DNA of 64,000 nt from a virus: positions 32,001 to 96,000 of IMG/VR virus record IMGVR_UViG_3300005537_000002, one strand, 5' to 3'. Positions 1-9,977 of the stretch are shown here, piece after piece. Positions within the stretch are counted from its first letter, which is position 1. Every line of letters starts with the position of its first letter. The position numbers and the translations under genes were made by a program. A model generated the notes under the pieces. That model ran no database searches. It saw nothing but the letters and a program-made list of their open reading frames with translations, and had not been told where the DNA came from.

Positions 1-1
1 G

Positions 2-3000
2 AGTGGCTTAGGCGGTTCAGATAAAACCGGAGTATCGACTAGTACTACCATGTCTCGTACTATGACTGCAGACACTTGGGGTCAGATTATCGCTGCCCTC
101 AATTCGTCGGGTCCTACTGTTAACACGTCCACCTTCACAGACGCTCTTACCGCATCTGACGTCGGAAACATGCAGTCATGGAATGTCGACTCTCTTACTG
201 CCAGTGATGTTCTTGGAGCAGCCACTTGGAATGTAGACAGTCTTACAGCGTCCGATGTACTAGGCGGAAGTTCTTGGAACGTTGACTCACTTACCGCTAC
301 AGACGTCTCCGCGGGTTCGAACTGGAACGTAGATAGCCTTAGTTCGTCCACAAGTACTCTATTTACTGATACTGATCTAGCATCCGACGCCCTCACAGTT
401 ACAGACGTCGGCAACCAGCAGGTATGGAGAGTAGACTCAAGCACCCCTACAGATGTCACACTCTCGACTGACTCTTTACTCGCAGCTGAACTTCTAAATA
501 CAGCAGACGTAACTCTCTCAACTACTACCTTCTCGTCTACTGACGCTCTAACTCTGTCAGACTCTACTCTAGTTACTGCTAGTGTACTACCACTCGACCT
601 GTTAAGCACAGTGGACAGCGTCCTGTTAACCGACAGTACTGTCATAGTTGACTCCCTTACCACCGCTGACAGTCTCTCAACTACGGGTACTCTCCTCCAA
701 ACTGACTCACTATCAACTGTAGATAGCACTCTCGCGACCGACAGTACACTCGTTACAGACATCCTACCTACATCAGACAGTTTCTCCTCACCTACCAGTC
801 CATCTCTAACGGACTCTCTATCAGTTACGGACACCCTACTTACTACGGGTTCGCTTACTGTCGCTGACTCACTATCTACTACTGACAACGTACTGGCAAC
901 TGACACCAACGTTGTAATAGAGTTACTCACAGCCTCAGACACTGGCACCTCACAAACCTGGAATATAGACGCTCTTACAGCTACTGACTCGCTACTCACT
1001 ACAAACTCCGCATCCACAGTTGATACAAGCTCAGTTGCTGACACCACACTTGTAACGGACTCGAGTATCCTAACTGATGTACTAACCCAGTCGGATGCTG
1101 TGCTTGTAACAGACTCTGATACCGTTACTGACAGTCTTACCACTACAGACAGCCTGCTGCAATCTAATACTTACTCCCCATCGGAAGTACTTACTGAATC
1201 AGACACCGGAGGCTCACAAGTCTGGAATGTTGACCTACTCTCGGTTGCTGACTCTCTCCTACAGACTAGTACCTCTATCGTTAGTGAGTCCCTAACCTCA
1301 TCCGATACGACCCTTACTACATGCAGTTGGTTGGTAACCGAAACCCTGGCTGCCAGTGACTCCCTTACATCTCCTTATACGATTCAGTATAGCGACTTAC
1401 TAGTAGTATCTGAAAGTATATCCGTAAGTGACTCAACCCTCCTAGCTGAGTCTTTGACGGTTTCTGACCAGATTACGGCTAGCCAGTCCACTGTGCTAAT
1501 CGAGTCTAGTGTAGTGGTTGACTCTACACTAACAACTACTAACTCTGTATACACGGAGTTCTTAACGATTCCCGATATAGTTACCAATAACTATATCAGC
1601 TCTCTTACAGACCTACTTACTGCCACTGACACGAATGCCCAACAAACGTGGGGAACTGACAGCCTCCTAATAGCAGACAGTACACTCTACGCTAGCTCTA
1701 GCCTCTCTATCGAGTCTATAGCTGTTACTGACACTGAGTCCGCTATTACCACACTACTCCTAACAGACGCCCTGCCTGTTACAGATGTAGCATCAGTAAC
1801 GCTAAGCGCTAGTACTACCGATAGCGTACCGTCGGTAGACTTCTTACAGGGGTCTACTACTTACCTCGCACTCGATGCACTTACCTCGGTGGATGTAGGG
1901 TCTCTACAGCTTTGGGGTACGGACTCTCTAGTAGTTACAGACGCACTTACACTCTCAGTTCCGACTCTCGTTACAGACTCCCTATTGGCGAATGATACTA
2001 CCCTTAATACGAGTTACTTCTCATGTACGGATAGCATTCCGATAAGCGACTCTAGTACGTGGATAGATATACCCGCGGGAACAGTCACTACGACGTATAC
2101 GTTCGTAGACGTGCTAGTAGTTGGAGACGCATATCAAGTCATACTACAACCTGTACTAGTAGAAGTTAACTCAACAACTACTTCTACACTGACTACCACT
2201 TCCAGTAGTAGTACAGAGTCACTAACTGCGAGTGACTCCAGTAATAGTTATACCTGGCTTACAGAGTCACTCACTGCATCCGACAGTTCGTCTACATCAT
2301 CTACATCGCTTGCTTCTGACTCTTTAGTTGTAACGGAGTCGCTTACAACTACCTATACGTACTCACTAATAGAGTCTCTTGTCGTTACTGATACCAACTC
2401 CTCAGTAACGGCAAGTTCATTTATGGATGCGCTAACTGCATCTGACGTACACAGTGAGTATACAGTCGTAGTAGACGCACTCACAGCTACAGACGCTCTT
2501 ACTTGTAGTTTGATCTCACAAGTACAGGATGTTATAGTTGTCTCTGACCAGTCGACCGCGTCGAGTATCTCTAGTTCAAGTGATTCGCTCTCAGTCACTG
2601 ATACCGCATCCTACGTCGTACTCGTCAGTGGTACTGAAGCTACTGTGCTAGTCGACTCACTATTAGCAGTTGGTAGTACCTTTAGCTCGGATGGCAGTCC
2701 AATTCTAGATCAGTCAACGGATACGACCATCTACTTATCGGTAGATACTCTATCTCCATCCGACTCTATCAGTACTGGTCCTACTACCAACCTCACGTTA
2801 TTCACGGATTCGCTACTAGTAGTTGAGAGTATACTCTCCCTAAGTGGTAGTAGTGCTGTCGATGCCTTACTGTTACTAGACGTGAGTTCCACTAGTAGTT
2901 GGGTGACAGACTCATTAGCTACTAGTGAGTACGCTTCATACACTCAATTACTCGCGGGTACAGAACTATATACTGTAGGTAGTAGCACGAACATAACGAG

Positions 3001-3235
3001 TCGGTACTATGACACAGACTCGTTAGCTGTGCTAGACAGTGCTGAGTTTGCACCTATTATACAATCTCCGCCTACAAATGCAGAGTTTGAAGTGAGACTA
3101 GGTACAGCGGTTGCGAGCGTCCGAAAGGGTACAACTGTTGTAAGGGTTAGACTCGACAGTATCAAGGTTATCGTCAGAACTGGGGTTGCTAAAGCGAGAG
3201 TTCGTACTGGAGTTACGAGTATAACCTCTAGATAA
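2..3235 (+). CDS. Thr/Ser/Asp/Leu-rich repetitive protein, probable tail fibre or virion structural protein; 5'-partial
   Basis: Recurrent DSL(T/S)xxD motif, 16-aa WNVDSLTASDVLG repeats near the N-terminus and a basic VRxG-repeat C-terminus. The frame is open from base 2 (SGLGGSDKTGVSTSTT then M at 50), so the true start probably lies upstream of the window. Confidence 0.6.
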   Translation, partial: SGLGGSDKTGVSTSTTMSRTMTADTWGQIIAALNSSGPTVNTSTFTDALTASDVGNMQSWNVDSLTASDVLGAATWNVDSLTASDVLGGSSWNVDSLTATDVSAGSNWNVDSLSSSTSTLFTDTDLASDALTVTDVGNQQVWRVDSSTPTDVTLSTDSLLAAELLNTADVTLSTTTFSSTDALTLSDSTLVTASVLPLDLLSTVDSVLLTDSTVIVDSLTTADSLSTTGTLLQTDSLSTVDSTLATDSTLVTDILPTSDSFSSPTSPSLTDSLSVTDTLLTTGSLTVADSLSTTDNVLATDTNVVIELLTASDTGTSQTWNIDALTATDSLLTTNSASTVDTSSVADTTLVTDSSILTDVLTQSDAVLVTDSDTVTDSLTTTDSLLQSNTYSPSEVLTESDTGGSQVWNVDLLSVADSLLQTSTSIVSESLTSSDTTLTTCSWLVTETLAASDSLTSPYTIQYSDLLVVSESISVSDSTLLAESLTVSDQITASQSTVLIESSVVVDSTLTTTNSVYTEFLTIPDIVTNNYISSLTDLLTATDTNAQQTWGTDSLLIADSTLYASSSLSIESIAVTDTESAITTLLLTDALPVTDVASVTLSASTTDSVPSVDFLQGSTTYLALDALTSVDVGSLQLWGTDSLVVTDALTLSVPTLVTDSLLANDTTLNTSYFSCTDSIPISDSSTWIDIPAGTVTTTYTFVDVLVVGDAYQVILQPVLVEVNSTTTSTLTTTSSSSTESLTASDSSNSYTWLTESLTASDSSSTSSTSLASDSLVVTESLTTTYTYSLIESLVVTDTNSSVTASSFMDALTASDVHSEYTVVVDALTATDALTCSLISQVQDVIVVSDQSTASSISSSSDSLSVTDTASYVVLVSGTEATVLVDSLLAVGSTFSSDGSPILDQSTDTTIYLSVDTLSPSDSISTGPTTNLTLFTDSLLVVESILSLSGSSAVDALLLLDVSSTSSWVTDSLATSEYASYTQLLAGTELYTVGSSTNITSRYYDTDSLAVLDSAEFAPIIQSPPTNAEFEVRLGTAVASVRKGTTVVRVRLDSIKVIVRTGVAKARVRTGVTSITSR

Positions 3236-3249
3236 GAAAGGAGACATAT

Positions 3250-3573
3250 GTGGCAGTTGTAGATGACTATAGTCCTATCTACGTAGGCGATACTGGGATA
3301 CCGTTCGCTCCTGTGTTTCAGCACATGGATGGCAGTACGTTTAACTTAAGCGGTGCTACCGTCACGATGAAAATGCAAGACCAGGACGGAAACTTAAAGA
3401 CATGTAATGGTACGTGGACTGTGGACGATGCCGTAAACGGCAAGGCTCACTATACGTGGCAATCCGCAGACGTCAGCACAGCCGGAGTGTGGAACTTGTA
3501 CATCACTATTACTATCGCGGGATCTCCCGTACACGCTGACATGAAACAACTACAGATTCTGAGTGCGCCATAG
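3250..3573 (+). CDS. BppU N-terminal-like baseplate/tail accessory protein
   Basis: YVGDTG...FNLSGATVTMKM...DAVNGKAHYTWQSADVSTAGVW pattern typical of BppU-N/DUF2479 domains; AGGAG RBS. Confidence 0.7.
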   Translation: MAVVDDYSPIYVGDTGIPFAPVFQHMDGSTFNLSGATVTMKMQDQDGNLKTCNGTWTVDDAVNGKAHYTWQSADVSTAGVWNLYITITIAGSPVHADMKQLQILSAP

Positions 3574-3590
3574 ACAGTATAGAAGAAAGA

Positions 3591-3911
3591 GTGCTAGATA
3601 TGCCAGGACAATCCGACGTGTCTAGACTTATCGAGGTGCTTCAGTCCTCTATCAAACGAGCGTTGGATGAACAAGCAGTTCTAAGACCTCAAATAGACAG
3701 TTTGAAAACTACCCAAACTGCCCAACAGGAGCAAATTCGTGTAATGTCTGAAGAGCTGAAGGAACTCAAACAGGACCTGAAAGAGGCAAAGCAAGCGATT
3801 CTTGAGTCACAAGAATCGAACTACAAACGCATCATTTATGTACAAGGAACGCTTCTCCTTGCAATCTTAGGTGCAGTCATCGGTCTTGCCGTAAAGGTCT
3901 TCTTCCACTAG
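3591..3911 (+). CDS. coiled-coil protein with C-terminal TM helix (XhlA/holin-like)
   Basis: Heptad-rich N-terminus followed by one hydrophobic helix (GTLLLAILGAVIGLAVKVFF). Confidence 0.5.
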   Translation: MLDMPGQSDVSRLIEVLQSSIKRALDEQAVLRPQIDSLKTTQTAQQEQIRVMSEELKELKQDLKEAKQAILESQESNYKRIIYVQGTLLLAILGAVIGLAVKVFFH

Positions 3912-3924
3912 CGATGGAGGTGCT

Positions 3925-4638
3925 ATGCCAAACTCCCCTATTACAAAGCAGTCCGTAAGACTGCTTGTCATTTCGTATATCAGTTCCGTTAGTATCGTCG
4001 CATTCCTACTGGTTAGCGCACAAGTCCTTATCCAACTCGTACTACTACAAGAGGTGCACACTCGTTCGATAGCCTCTACCATTAATGGTCAGGAACTTCG
4101 CACACAGCGTATGTTCTATAACATCATCCTGCTACAGTCTCCAGGTGGTGTTGCTAGTTACGCAGCCCTTACGAAAACTGTCGCAGCCGACGCCACGCTG
4201 TGGGAGCAGACTCAAAGTGCGATGTACTCCGACAGTTCGAACTACCCGGCAACTGCAATCGCAGCACTACAAAAAGGTAAGACGGACTACATTGCTATGC
4301 ACGACGCACTTACTCGCATCTTTGCCATCGAGAAAACCAATCCGCCGAACTCATTCGACCTTGTCCGACCGGATGTAGGCGTATTCTACATTCACGAGTC
4401 TCCTTACCTACAATCGCTCATCTCTACCTACACTGACCTCGCAAAGTCAGCTGACGACTACGTACAATCCGTACGAGTGCTCGAAATAGTACTCTTTGTG
4501 CTCATGATACTCACACTAGTACTAGAAGCTCGACTCGTGGCAGCTCCGGCCATTCGTCACCTTAACGATCACTTACGTACTCTAGCGCATACGTTGGAAC
4601 TAGTCGACAAAATTACCGGAGAGGAGCCCAAGACATGA
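3925..4638 (+). CDS. two-TM membrane protein with NarX/PilJ-like extracytoplasmic sensor domain and no output domain
   Basis: TM1, then INGQELRTQRM resembling the INxAGRQRMLSQR P-box, then a helical domain, TM2 and a short tail. Confidence 0.5.
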   Translation: MPNSPITKQSVRLLVISYISSVSIVAFLLVSAQVLIQLVLLQEVHTRSIASTINGQELRTQRMFYNIILLQSPGGVASYAALTKTVAADATLWEQTQSAMYSDSSNYPATAIAALQKGKTDYIAMHDALTRIFAIEKTNPPNSFDLVRPDVGVFYIHESPYLQSLISTYTDLAKSADDYVQSVRVLEIVLFVLMILTLVLEARLVAAPAIRHLNDHLRTLAHTLELVDKITGEEPKT

Positions 4639-4814
4639 TAGAGTGGTTACACAGGTGCATACAACCAACCGCTGTACTTATGCTGTTCATCGCCGCAGTC
4701 TGTATACTCGGTTACGGCTACCCCGCTTGGACAGCTAAAACCTCTTGGTGGTTGCTCTGGTTGTTCATCGGTGTACTCGCTGCCATAGCCTGGACACTAC
4801 TAGTGTTTACCTAG
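4635..4814 (+). CDS. small two-TM membrane protein (59 aa, absent from the ORF track)
   Basis: ATGA overlap with the upstream stop; MIEWLHRCIQPTAVLMLFIAAVCILGYGYPAWTAKTSWWLLWLFIGVLAAIAWTLLVFT. Confidence 0.6.
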   Translation: MIEWLHRCIQPTAVLMLFIAAVCILGYGYPAWTAKTSWWLLWLFIGVLAAIAWTLLVFT

Positions 4815-4829
4815 AAAGGGGTACCGCCA

Positions 4830-5351
4830 TTGAACCCTCAGACACCTCAGATCAAGGCTAAAAAGACGTTATTCTCTCACGTACTACTAGCTCACACACC
4901 CAAGAACGTCAATCTAGCTCACTCCATTGAACTTAGCACAGCCAACTTCAACGAGAGGTTCGCCGTGTGGATTACTAAAGGGTTCGGAACTGTTTGGGCG
5001 TTCTACGTGCTTGTACTTTGGATGTTGCTATGGATAGCCCTCGCCGGAGTAGGCTTTTGGCTCTTCCGATACGACCAGTACCCATTTCCCTTCCTGCTGT
5101 TCTGTAGCAACCTAGTACAGTTGTGGGCTTTACCTGTACTAGCGGTTGGTCAGTCTGTACTAGGCCGCAAACAGGAACTACTTGCGGATGAACAGTACAG
5201 GACGACTCAAAAGACCTACCATGACACCGAACAACTACTGGAGCACCTTAACGCACAGGATGAGGAACTGCTGAAACAGACAGGCATACTCTTGCAACTC
5301 TTACGTGCAGCACCAACTACCCAGCAGAAGCCACTTGACGACAGCAAGTAG
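4830..5351 (+). CDS. DUF1003-family membrane protein
   Basis: FNERFAVWIT..FGTVWAFY...YDQYPFPFLLFCSNLVQLWALPVLAVGQ followed by a coiled coil. Confidence 0.75.
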   Translation: MNPQTPQIKAKKTLFSHVLLAHTPKNVNLAHSIELSTANFNERFAVWITKGFGTVWAFYVLVLWMLLWIALAGVGFWLFRYDQYPFPFLLFCSNLVQLWALPVLAVGQSVLGRKQELLADEQYRTTQKTYHDTEQLLEHLNAQDEELLKQTGILLQLLRAAPTTQQKPLDDSK

Positions 5352-5360
5352 TAACGAGTG

Positions 5361-5443
5361 TATAGTTAGTTTTTACCCGTACTAAAAATGAAGATATATA
5401 AATCATACAAGTCCTCCTATAGTACGGGTAAAAACTAACTATA
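5361..5443. repeat. 24-bp perfect inverted repeat, copy 1 of a dispersed element
   Basis: TATAGTTAGTTTTTACCCGTACTA (5361-5384) and its reverse complement (5420-5443). Confidence 0.9.
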
Positions 5444-5481
5444 GCTTCAAATACACGTACATTTTAACTGGAGAAAAACTC

Positions 5482-6009
5482 ATGCAACAACCAACATCTA
5501 ACGAACTTTCGCATGTCCATGAAACTACCCTCGAAGTAGCTACTGTTGAGCTTACTCCCCCACACCCTGCTAGAGAAGATACGCCAATATACGAAGCAAC
5601 ACATAAACGCATGGTGTACGACCTAGACACTCCTTGTTATGTATGTGGAGTCACTCATACTACACTTTCGGACCCAACTAAGAACCCGTTCGGTGCGAAA
5701 GCTATGGAGACTCATCACTTCCCAGTGGAGCGTAGCCTCATCGACGCTTGCGACCCAATTAGGTTGGGCATCGACTTCCCAGCAGTTACGGACGCTACTA
5801 CAGCGCAAAACTGGGTGGACAGTGAAGATAACATGCTAGTTCTATGTGACAAGCATCACAGAGACCCTGAAATCGGCATCCACCACCTATCGGCACAGGA
5901 CTTTTTCGTACAACGCTACCTAGTAGCGGGTTACCAGGTTACTGCCACTGCTAAAGATGAAGCTGCGATAGAAGCCAAAGACCAAAGTGTAGAAGCTCAA
6001 AAGTCGTAG
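5482..6009 (+). CDS. HNH-like zinc-binding protein
   Basis: CYVCG...ETHHFP...NMLVLCDKHHR motif set. Confidence 0.55.
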   Translation: MQQPTSNELSHVHETTLEVATVELTPPHPAREDTPIYEATHKRMVYDLDTPCYVCGVTHTTLSDPTKNPFGAKAMETHHFPVERSLIDACDPIRLGIDFPAVTDATTAQNWVDSEDNMLVLCDKHHRDPEIGIHHLSAQDFFVQRYLVAGYQVTATAKDEAAIEAKDQSVEAQKS

Positions 6010-6695
6010 CGGTCACCATATAAGTCCTCGTACCGTTGCTTACTAACGTAGTCTGGCAAATCGGTAATCTCATCTACTCGGTGCCTGTGTATGTGTTTAC
6101 CTTCCTCAACTAGATCCTGTACATACGTAGTCGCGAACTCACCGTTACAATCTACATAAACCGGCCTGGTTTCTATACCCTTAATGTAGACTTCTACTTC
6201 CCTACCACCCGCTACTTCACAGTCTACGTGGAAGACCGCTCTCACATAAGGTTCTAGCAACACATTCCTATTGGTAGACATAGCCCTATCCAGGCAAGCA
6301 TGAGTCTCAAACCGTGCTGAACCCTCTATACGACCTGGATCTGTCACCAACTTAAACGTATGTTGGTGCCAACGTGTATGTACAGACGTGTTTTGTCCTT
6401 TATCCCAGTAGCTGACAGTACTCATACGCATATGATTGGAAGACCACAAAGACACGTAAGAGTCGGGTGCCTCTACTGCGGACATTAAGTCCTGTGCTAA
6501 CCCTAATTTCTCGATAGCACTCTTGTCATACATCTCACTCCCATTACACCACAGCATACTAGTAGTGTTATTGAAGACGTGAGTCACTACATACAGCTTC
6601 AAGTTGGGTTTAGCGGCAGTGGGTGCTGGCATTCTCATCATAGACGCTGCCATCGTTGTGAGAGGCAGTTCTACCTCGAACGTTCTCCATACCAT
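5997..6695 (-). CDS. hypothetical protein
   Basis: 232-aa ORF directly downstream of the sigma-like gene; AGAAGG RBS. Confidence 0.55.
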   Translation of the reverse strand: MVWRTFEVELPLTTMAASMMRMPAPTAAKPNLKLYVVTHVFNNTTSMLWCNGSEMYDKSAIEKLGLAQDLMSAVEAPDSYVSLWSSNHMRMSTVSYWDKGQNTSVHTRWHQHTFKLVTDPGRIEGSARFETHACLDRAMSTNRNVLLEPYVRAVFHVDCEVAGGREVEVYIKGIETRPVYVDCNGEFATTYVQDLVEEGKHIHRHRVDEITDLPDYVSKQRYEDLYGDRYDF

Positions 6696-6718
6696 AACTT
6701 TGTCAACCTTCTACCTTC

Positions 6719-7378
6719 TTATCCTAAGTACAATTCAGGGTATTGCATGACGTAGTCGCGAAGTAAGCTAATGACCCCGATAAACTTTCTACGACAAGTA
6801 CGTTCTGAATACCCTACTAATTCAGCAATCTCATCCCAACCGTACTTGTCGTACACGCGTAAACGGAAGACTTCCCGCATGAGAGTGTCTTTTACAGCAG
6901 CTTCCAGCACCTCTTCCGCATATAAGTACGGTAAGTTATTCTCAATTACGTCTTCGTAGGGGTGAGGGCTAGTATCACTATCCGACTCTCTCAGTAGACG
7001 ATCTATACTCATACGAACCTTGGAAGGTACTCTATCGGGTAATGACGTATCTGCGTCATCCTCCAGACCCTCTCTTACCATAAGACGGTGATACTGCGTA
7101 TAGCAGTCCTTCTTAATAACCTGCCATGGGTTCCGAACGATATAGTCGTTGTCTGAGTATACTTCCAACAGAAACTGCACCATTACCTCTGCGTTGGTAT
7201 CTTCAGCCCACTGTGGGTTCCTCATATGCAGTCGTCGGTTGTATTTTGCGCGTGCTACTTCCATACACTGAGGTAGCACAGTTGCTAGTAGTTCGTTCGC
7301 CTGTATAAAGAGGCCTCTACTACGCAATTCCCGTACTCGTATGATGGTACTTCCGACTACTTGGTTAAAGTCCGACAT
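6719..7378 (-). CDS. sigma70 region-4/ECF-like or RinA-like transcriptional regulator
   Basis: C-terminal HTH REVFRLRVYDKYGWDEIAELVGYSERTCRR. Confidence 0.65.
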   Translation of the reverse strand: MSDFNQVVGSTIIRVRELRSRGLFIQANELLATVLPQCMEVARAKYNRRLHMRNPQWAEDTNAEVMVQFLLEVYSDNDYIVRNPWQVIKKDCYTQYHRLMVREGLEDDADTSLPDRVPSKVRMSIDRLLRESDSDTSPHPYEDVIENNLPYLYAEEVLEAAVKDTLMREVFRLRVYDKYGWDEIAELVGYSERTCRRKFIGVISLLRDYVMQYPELYLG

Positions 7379-7417
7379 CTACAGAACCTTTCTATGGAAA
7401 ATGTATTTATATAATAT

Positions 7418-7447
7418 ATTATAATATAAACGTTTGTGTGTTTACAA
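7418..7447 (-). promoter_or_regulatory. sigma70-type promoter
   Basis: TTGTAA-N18-TATAAT on the minus strand, upstream of the regulator. Confidence 0.7.
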
Positions 7448-7536
7448 GAGTACTTAACCCTCCGTAAGTGACCCCTTGTAAACTGCCAGTGAGTATACTA
7501 TATTTATTATATTCACCTCATAGACGGAGTACACGT

Positions 7537-7971
7537 ATGAGCTACAACATTTCCCGCTTTCACCTGCAAACAGTCTGGCTCGAGTTACCCAGAGACTTCG
7601 ACTTCTTAGCTTGGGTTCGTACCCTACCAGATCGAGATGGCCAAGGGTCTGAGAACACAGGCAAACTCTGGCTAACAGAGAAGGACGATATACTACTACA
7701 CGTCGATATGCTATCCAATACATGGGAACTCGAACTGCTTAACCAGAGTATGCGAGGACACGTTCGGCCGGACGCACTAGTAGTAACTGACCTCGATTGG
7801 AATGACGAGTTCTCCGGCATCCTATACGATGACATCCTACTTCCACTGTTCGAACAGTTTAAGGGTACTCTCACCGCTGTAGTCGTCTGGGAGAGCGGAG
7901 ACAAAATTCAGCACCTCCTTATACAAGACGGCCTAACCACAGAAAAGGACTTACTCTATGAAGAAGCATGA
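7537..7971 (+). CDS. hypothetical protein
   Basis: ORF track 7468-7971; a better start is the ATG at 7537 after GGAG. Confidence 0.55.
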   Translation: MSYNISRFHLQTVWLELPRDFDFLAWVRTLPDRDGQGSENTGKLWLTEKDDILLHVDMLSNTWELELLNQSMRGHVRPDALVVTDLDWNDEFSGILYDDILLPLFEQFKGTLTAVVVWESGDKIQHLLIQDGLTTEKDLLYEEA

Positions 7972-8131
7972 CAAAGGCATAGCCCAACTCCAACTCAAAG
8001 AACGCAAAAAACGCAAACGCCTACACAGCGACGAAGTCGTACAACCAGAAGTCGGAGGACTCATGCACGGAGCCGTACTCAAAAAGGAACAACTCAACCA
8101 ACCCACCAAAAAGCAAAAGAAACAACCTTGA
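7958..8131 (+). CDS. small basic Lys/Gln-rich protein (57 aa, absent from the track)
   Basis: MKKHDKGIAQLQLKERKKRKRLHSDEVVQPEVGGLMHGAVLKKEQLNQPTKKQKKQP; AAGGA RBS. Confidence 0.5.
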   Translation: MKKHDKGIAQLQLKERKKRKRLHSDEVVQPEVGGLMHGAVLKKEQLNQPTKKQKKQP

Positions 8132-8197
8132 AAACCCACTGAACAACCTTTTATACTATATTATATAGAAGCAATAGTACTAAAAGGGAGTACAGTT

Positions 8198-8584
8198 ATG
8201 ACCGAGACAGATTGGTGGAAGACTACATATCCGTACGTCGTCCGTGTAAGTAATCATGTAAAGGGTGCGATGAGAGACTACCTACGTACTCATACATTAG
8301 AACAGGCCTACGAAGCTATACAGGGATACACACTCGTCAGCATATACCAACAGAAAAGTCAAGAAAACGACCTAGTCGCAACTCTATTACGTGAGTGCCA
8401 ACGTACGGTTCTAGGTAACTCCAACAAGAACTTTACGCGGGAGTACTTTACAAGAGTGTTCTCCTTTTACGACTTGGAGACTCTGCTAGAAGAAGCTTCT
8501 CTAGGGTGGATACTCACTCGAGAGAGCGACATCCGTCGGGCTATAAAGTACGGACAGCAAGCTCACTTACACGACCCGGACTAG
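8198..8584 (+). CDS. hypothetical protein
   Basis: 128-aa ORF with GGGAG RBS. Confidence 0.6.
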   Translation: MTETDWWKTTYPYVVRVSNHVKGAMRDYLRTHTLEQAYEAIQGYTLVSIYQQKSQENDLVATLLRECQRTVLGNSNKNFTREYFTRVFSFYDLETLLEEASLGWILTRESDIRRAIKYGQQAHLHDPD

Positions 8585-8591
8585 TACCTTT

Positions 8592-8621
8592 GTTAGTCTT
8601 ATCCGCTAAGATAAGACTAAC
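8592..8621. terminator. hairpin, probable terminator
   Basis: GTTAGTCTTATC-N6-GATAAGACTAAC followed by T residues. Confidence 0.55.
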
Positions 8622-8657
8622 TTTCTCGACATTTTTACATAGACAGGATGTTTTAAC

Positions 8658-9647
8658 ATGGATCAGGCAGTTGCAACACGTCAAACTGGAAATGTAGTAC
8701 TATTCGTAGGAACAGAATCCGCATACTGGGGGTTGAAAGACTATGAAGTCGCCTCCCAAACCGCGAGAGCTATGGGTGTAGACTCGCTAGCGGTCAAATG
8801 CGCCGACGGTGAAAACCGGTGGTACAGAGATATTAGTCAGATACGAGAGCAGCGTAGCACTGTGCTAAGCCAGGGCTGTGGGTACATACCGTATACGTAC
8901 ATGTACGGTCCTAAGTTCGGCAACAGCCAAATAGACGGAGAAGTTGCGATACTAAAGGAGCTCATGTCAGTAAGTGACGGTATAGTTTGTGGGGACCTCG
9001 AGGTTGAGTGGAACAACCAAGTAGGAGGGGCTCAACATTTAGCACAGGTTATGTCGCATAACTCCGGTGTTTTCATCGTCACTACGTGGGCTGACCCGCT
9101 AGTACAAGGTTGGTCCGGAGTTATGGAAGCGTTGTCCGCTGTCGTTGACGTTTGGGTACCCCAACAGTACACCAATTGGCTGGCACTGCAAGAGAGTACA
9201 CTGTCTAACTTAGGTGCTCACGTCATACAACCCGCTATAGAACTAGTGTCAGAGTTCGGTGGGAACAACCCTATCGACAATGCTGTGCTAGCTAAGAGTA
9301 GAGGGCACAAGACGTTATGGATCTGGGAGTACGGTCAAGCTCGTTCCAACCCGAACCTAGTACGCTCGTGTGCTGCCATTATCGGTAAAACACTTACTAG
9401 TGCTCAGTCTGTTAACATCCAACAAAAGCACCCTACGCCAACGGTTGCTACACCAGCTACAAAGTCCTATACCATTCAGTCTGGAGACACACTAGCATCT
9501 ATCGCAGTTAAATTAGGCATTGCTAATTGGTGGCAAGACCTGTACGTCGCGAATCTCAATACGCTGTCAGTCGTGGCACATCAGCACGGGCAAGAAGTGT
9601 CGGCTAGCCTTATCTATCCCGGAACGAAGTTAACGTATAAAGTGTAA
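8658..9647 (+). CDS. endolysin: GH25-like TIM-barrel glycoside hydrolase with C-terminal LysM domain
   Basis: VKCADG, GDLEVEW (DxE) motifs; LysM YTIQSGDTLASIAVKLG...NL...IYPGTKL; adjacent to a holin-like gene. Confidence 0.75.
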   Translation: MDQAVATRQTGNVVLFVGTESAYWGLKDYEVASQTARAMGVDSLAVKCADGENRWYRDISQIREQRSTVLSQGCGYIPYTYMYGPKFGNSQIDGEVAILKELMSVSDGIVCGDLEVEWNNQVGGAQHLAQVMSHNSGVFIVTTWADPLVQGWSGVMEALSAVVDVWVPQQYTNWLALQESTLSNLGAHVIQPAIELVSEFGGNNPIDNAVLAKSRGHKTLWIWEYGQARSNPNLVRSCAAIIGKTLTSAQSVNIQQKHPTPTVATPATKSYTIQSGDTLASIAVKLGIANWWQDLYVANLNTLSVVAHQHGQEVSASLIYPGTKLTYKV

Positions 9648-9662
9648 TAGAAAGAGCGAAAC

Positions 9663-9977
9663 ATGGATAACCTATTCGTTAAGGGTTGGATCAAACAGCA
9701 CCCGTTACAACCGTGGGAGCGTGCTACTCTTAAGTTCGTGGAGCAAGTCATCATAGCTGCATTCTCTACTACTATACTCGCAGTCGCTTACGACTTACCA
9801 AGTCACACAACTATCGATTGGCTGTTCTTAGCACAAGTTTCATTGCTAGTCGGTCTATTAACAGCACTTGTCCAGTACTTTCGTGCTAGAGGTGATACTC
9901 TAGTCACGAAAGCGTTGGAACAAGTTATCTCTGACGTTGAAGCTCGAGCTAGGTTACCTCTGAATCCTCCTCAATAA
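9663..9977 (+). CDS. holin-like membrane protein
   Basis: Two hydrophobic helices, immediately downstream of the endolysin. Confidence 0.65.
   Translation: MDNLFVKGWIKQHPLQPWERATLKFVEQVIIAAFSTTILAVAYDLPSHTTIDWLFLAQVSLLVGLLTALVQYFRARGDTLVTKALEQVISDVEARARLPLNPPQ

Noticed and set aside
82-3324. Minus-strand ORFs antisense to the repeat protein (82-1143, 1384-1587, 2353-2598, 2731-2943, 3007-3324)
   Set aside because: Shadow ORFs caused by the biased codon use of the plus-strand gene
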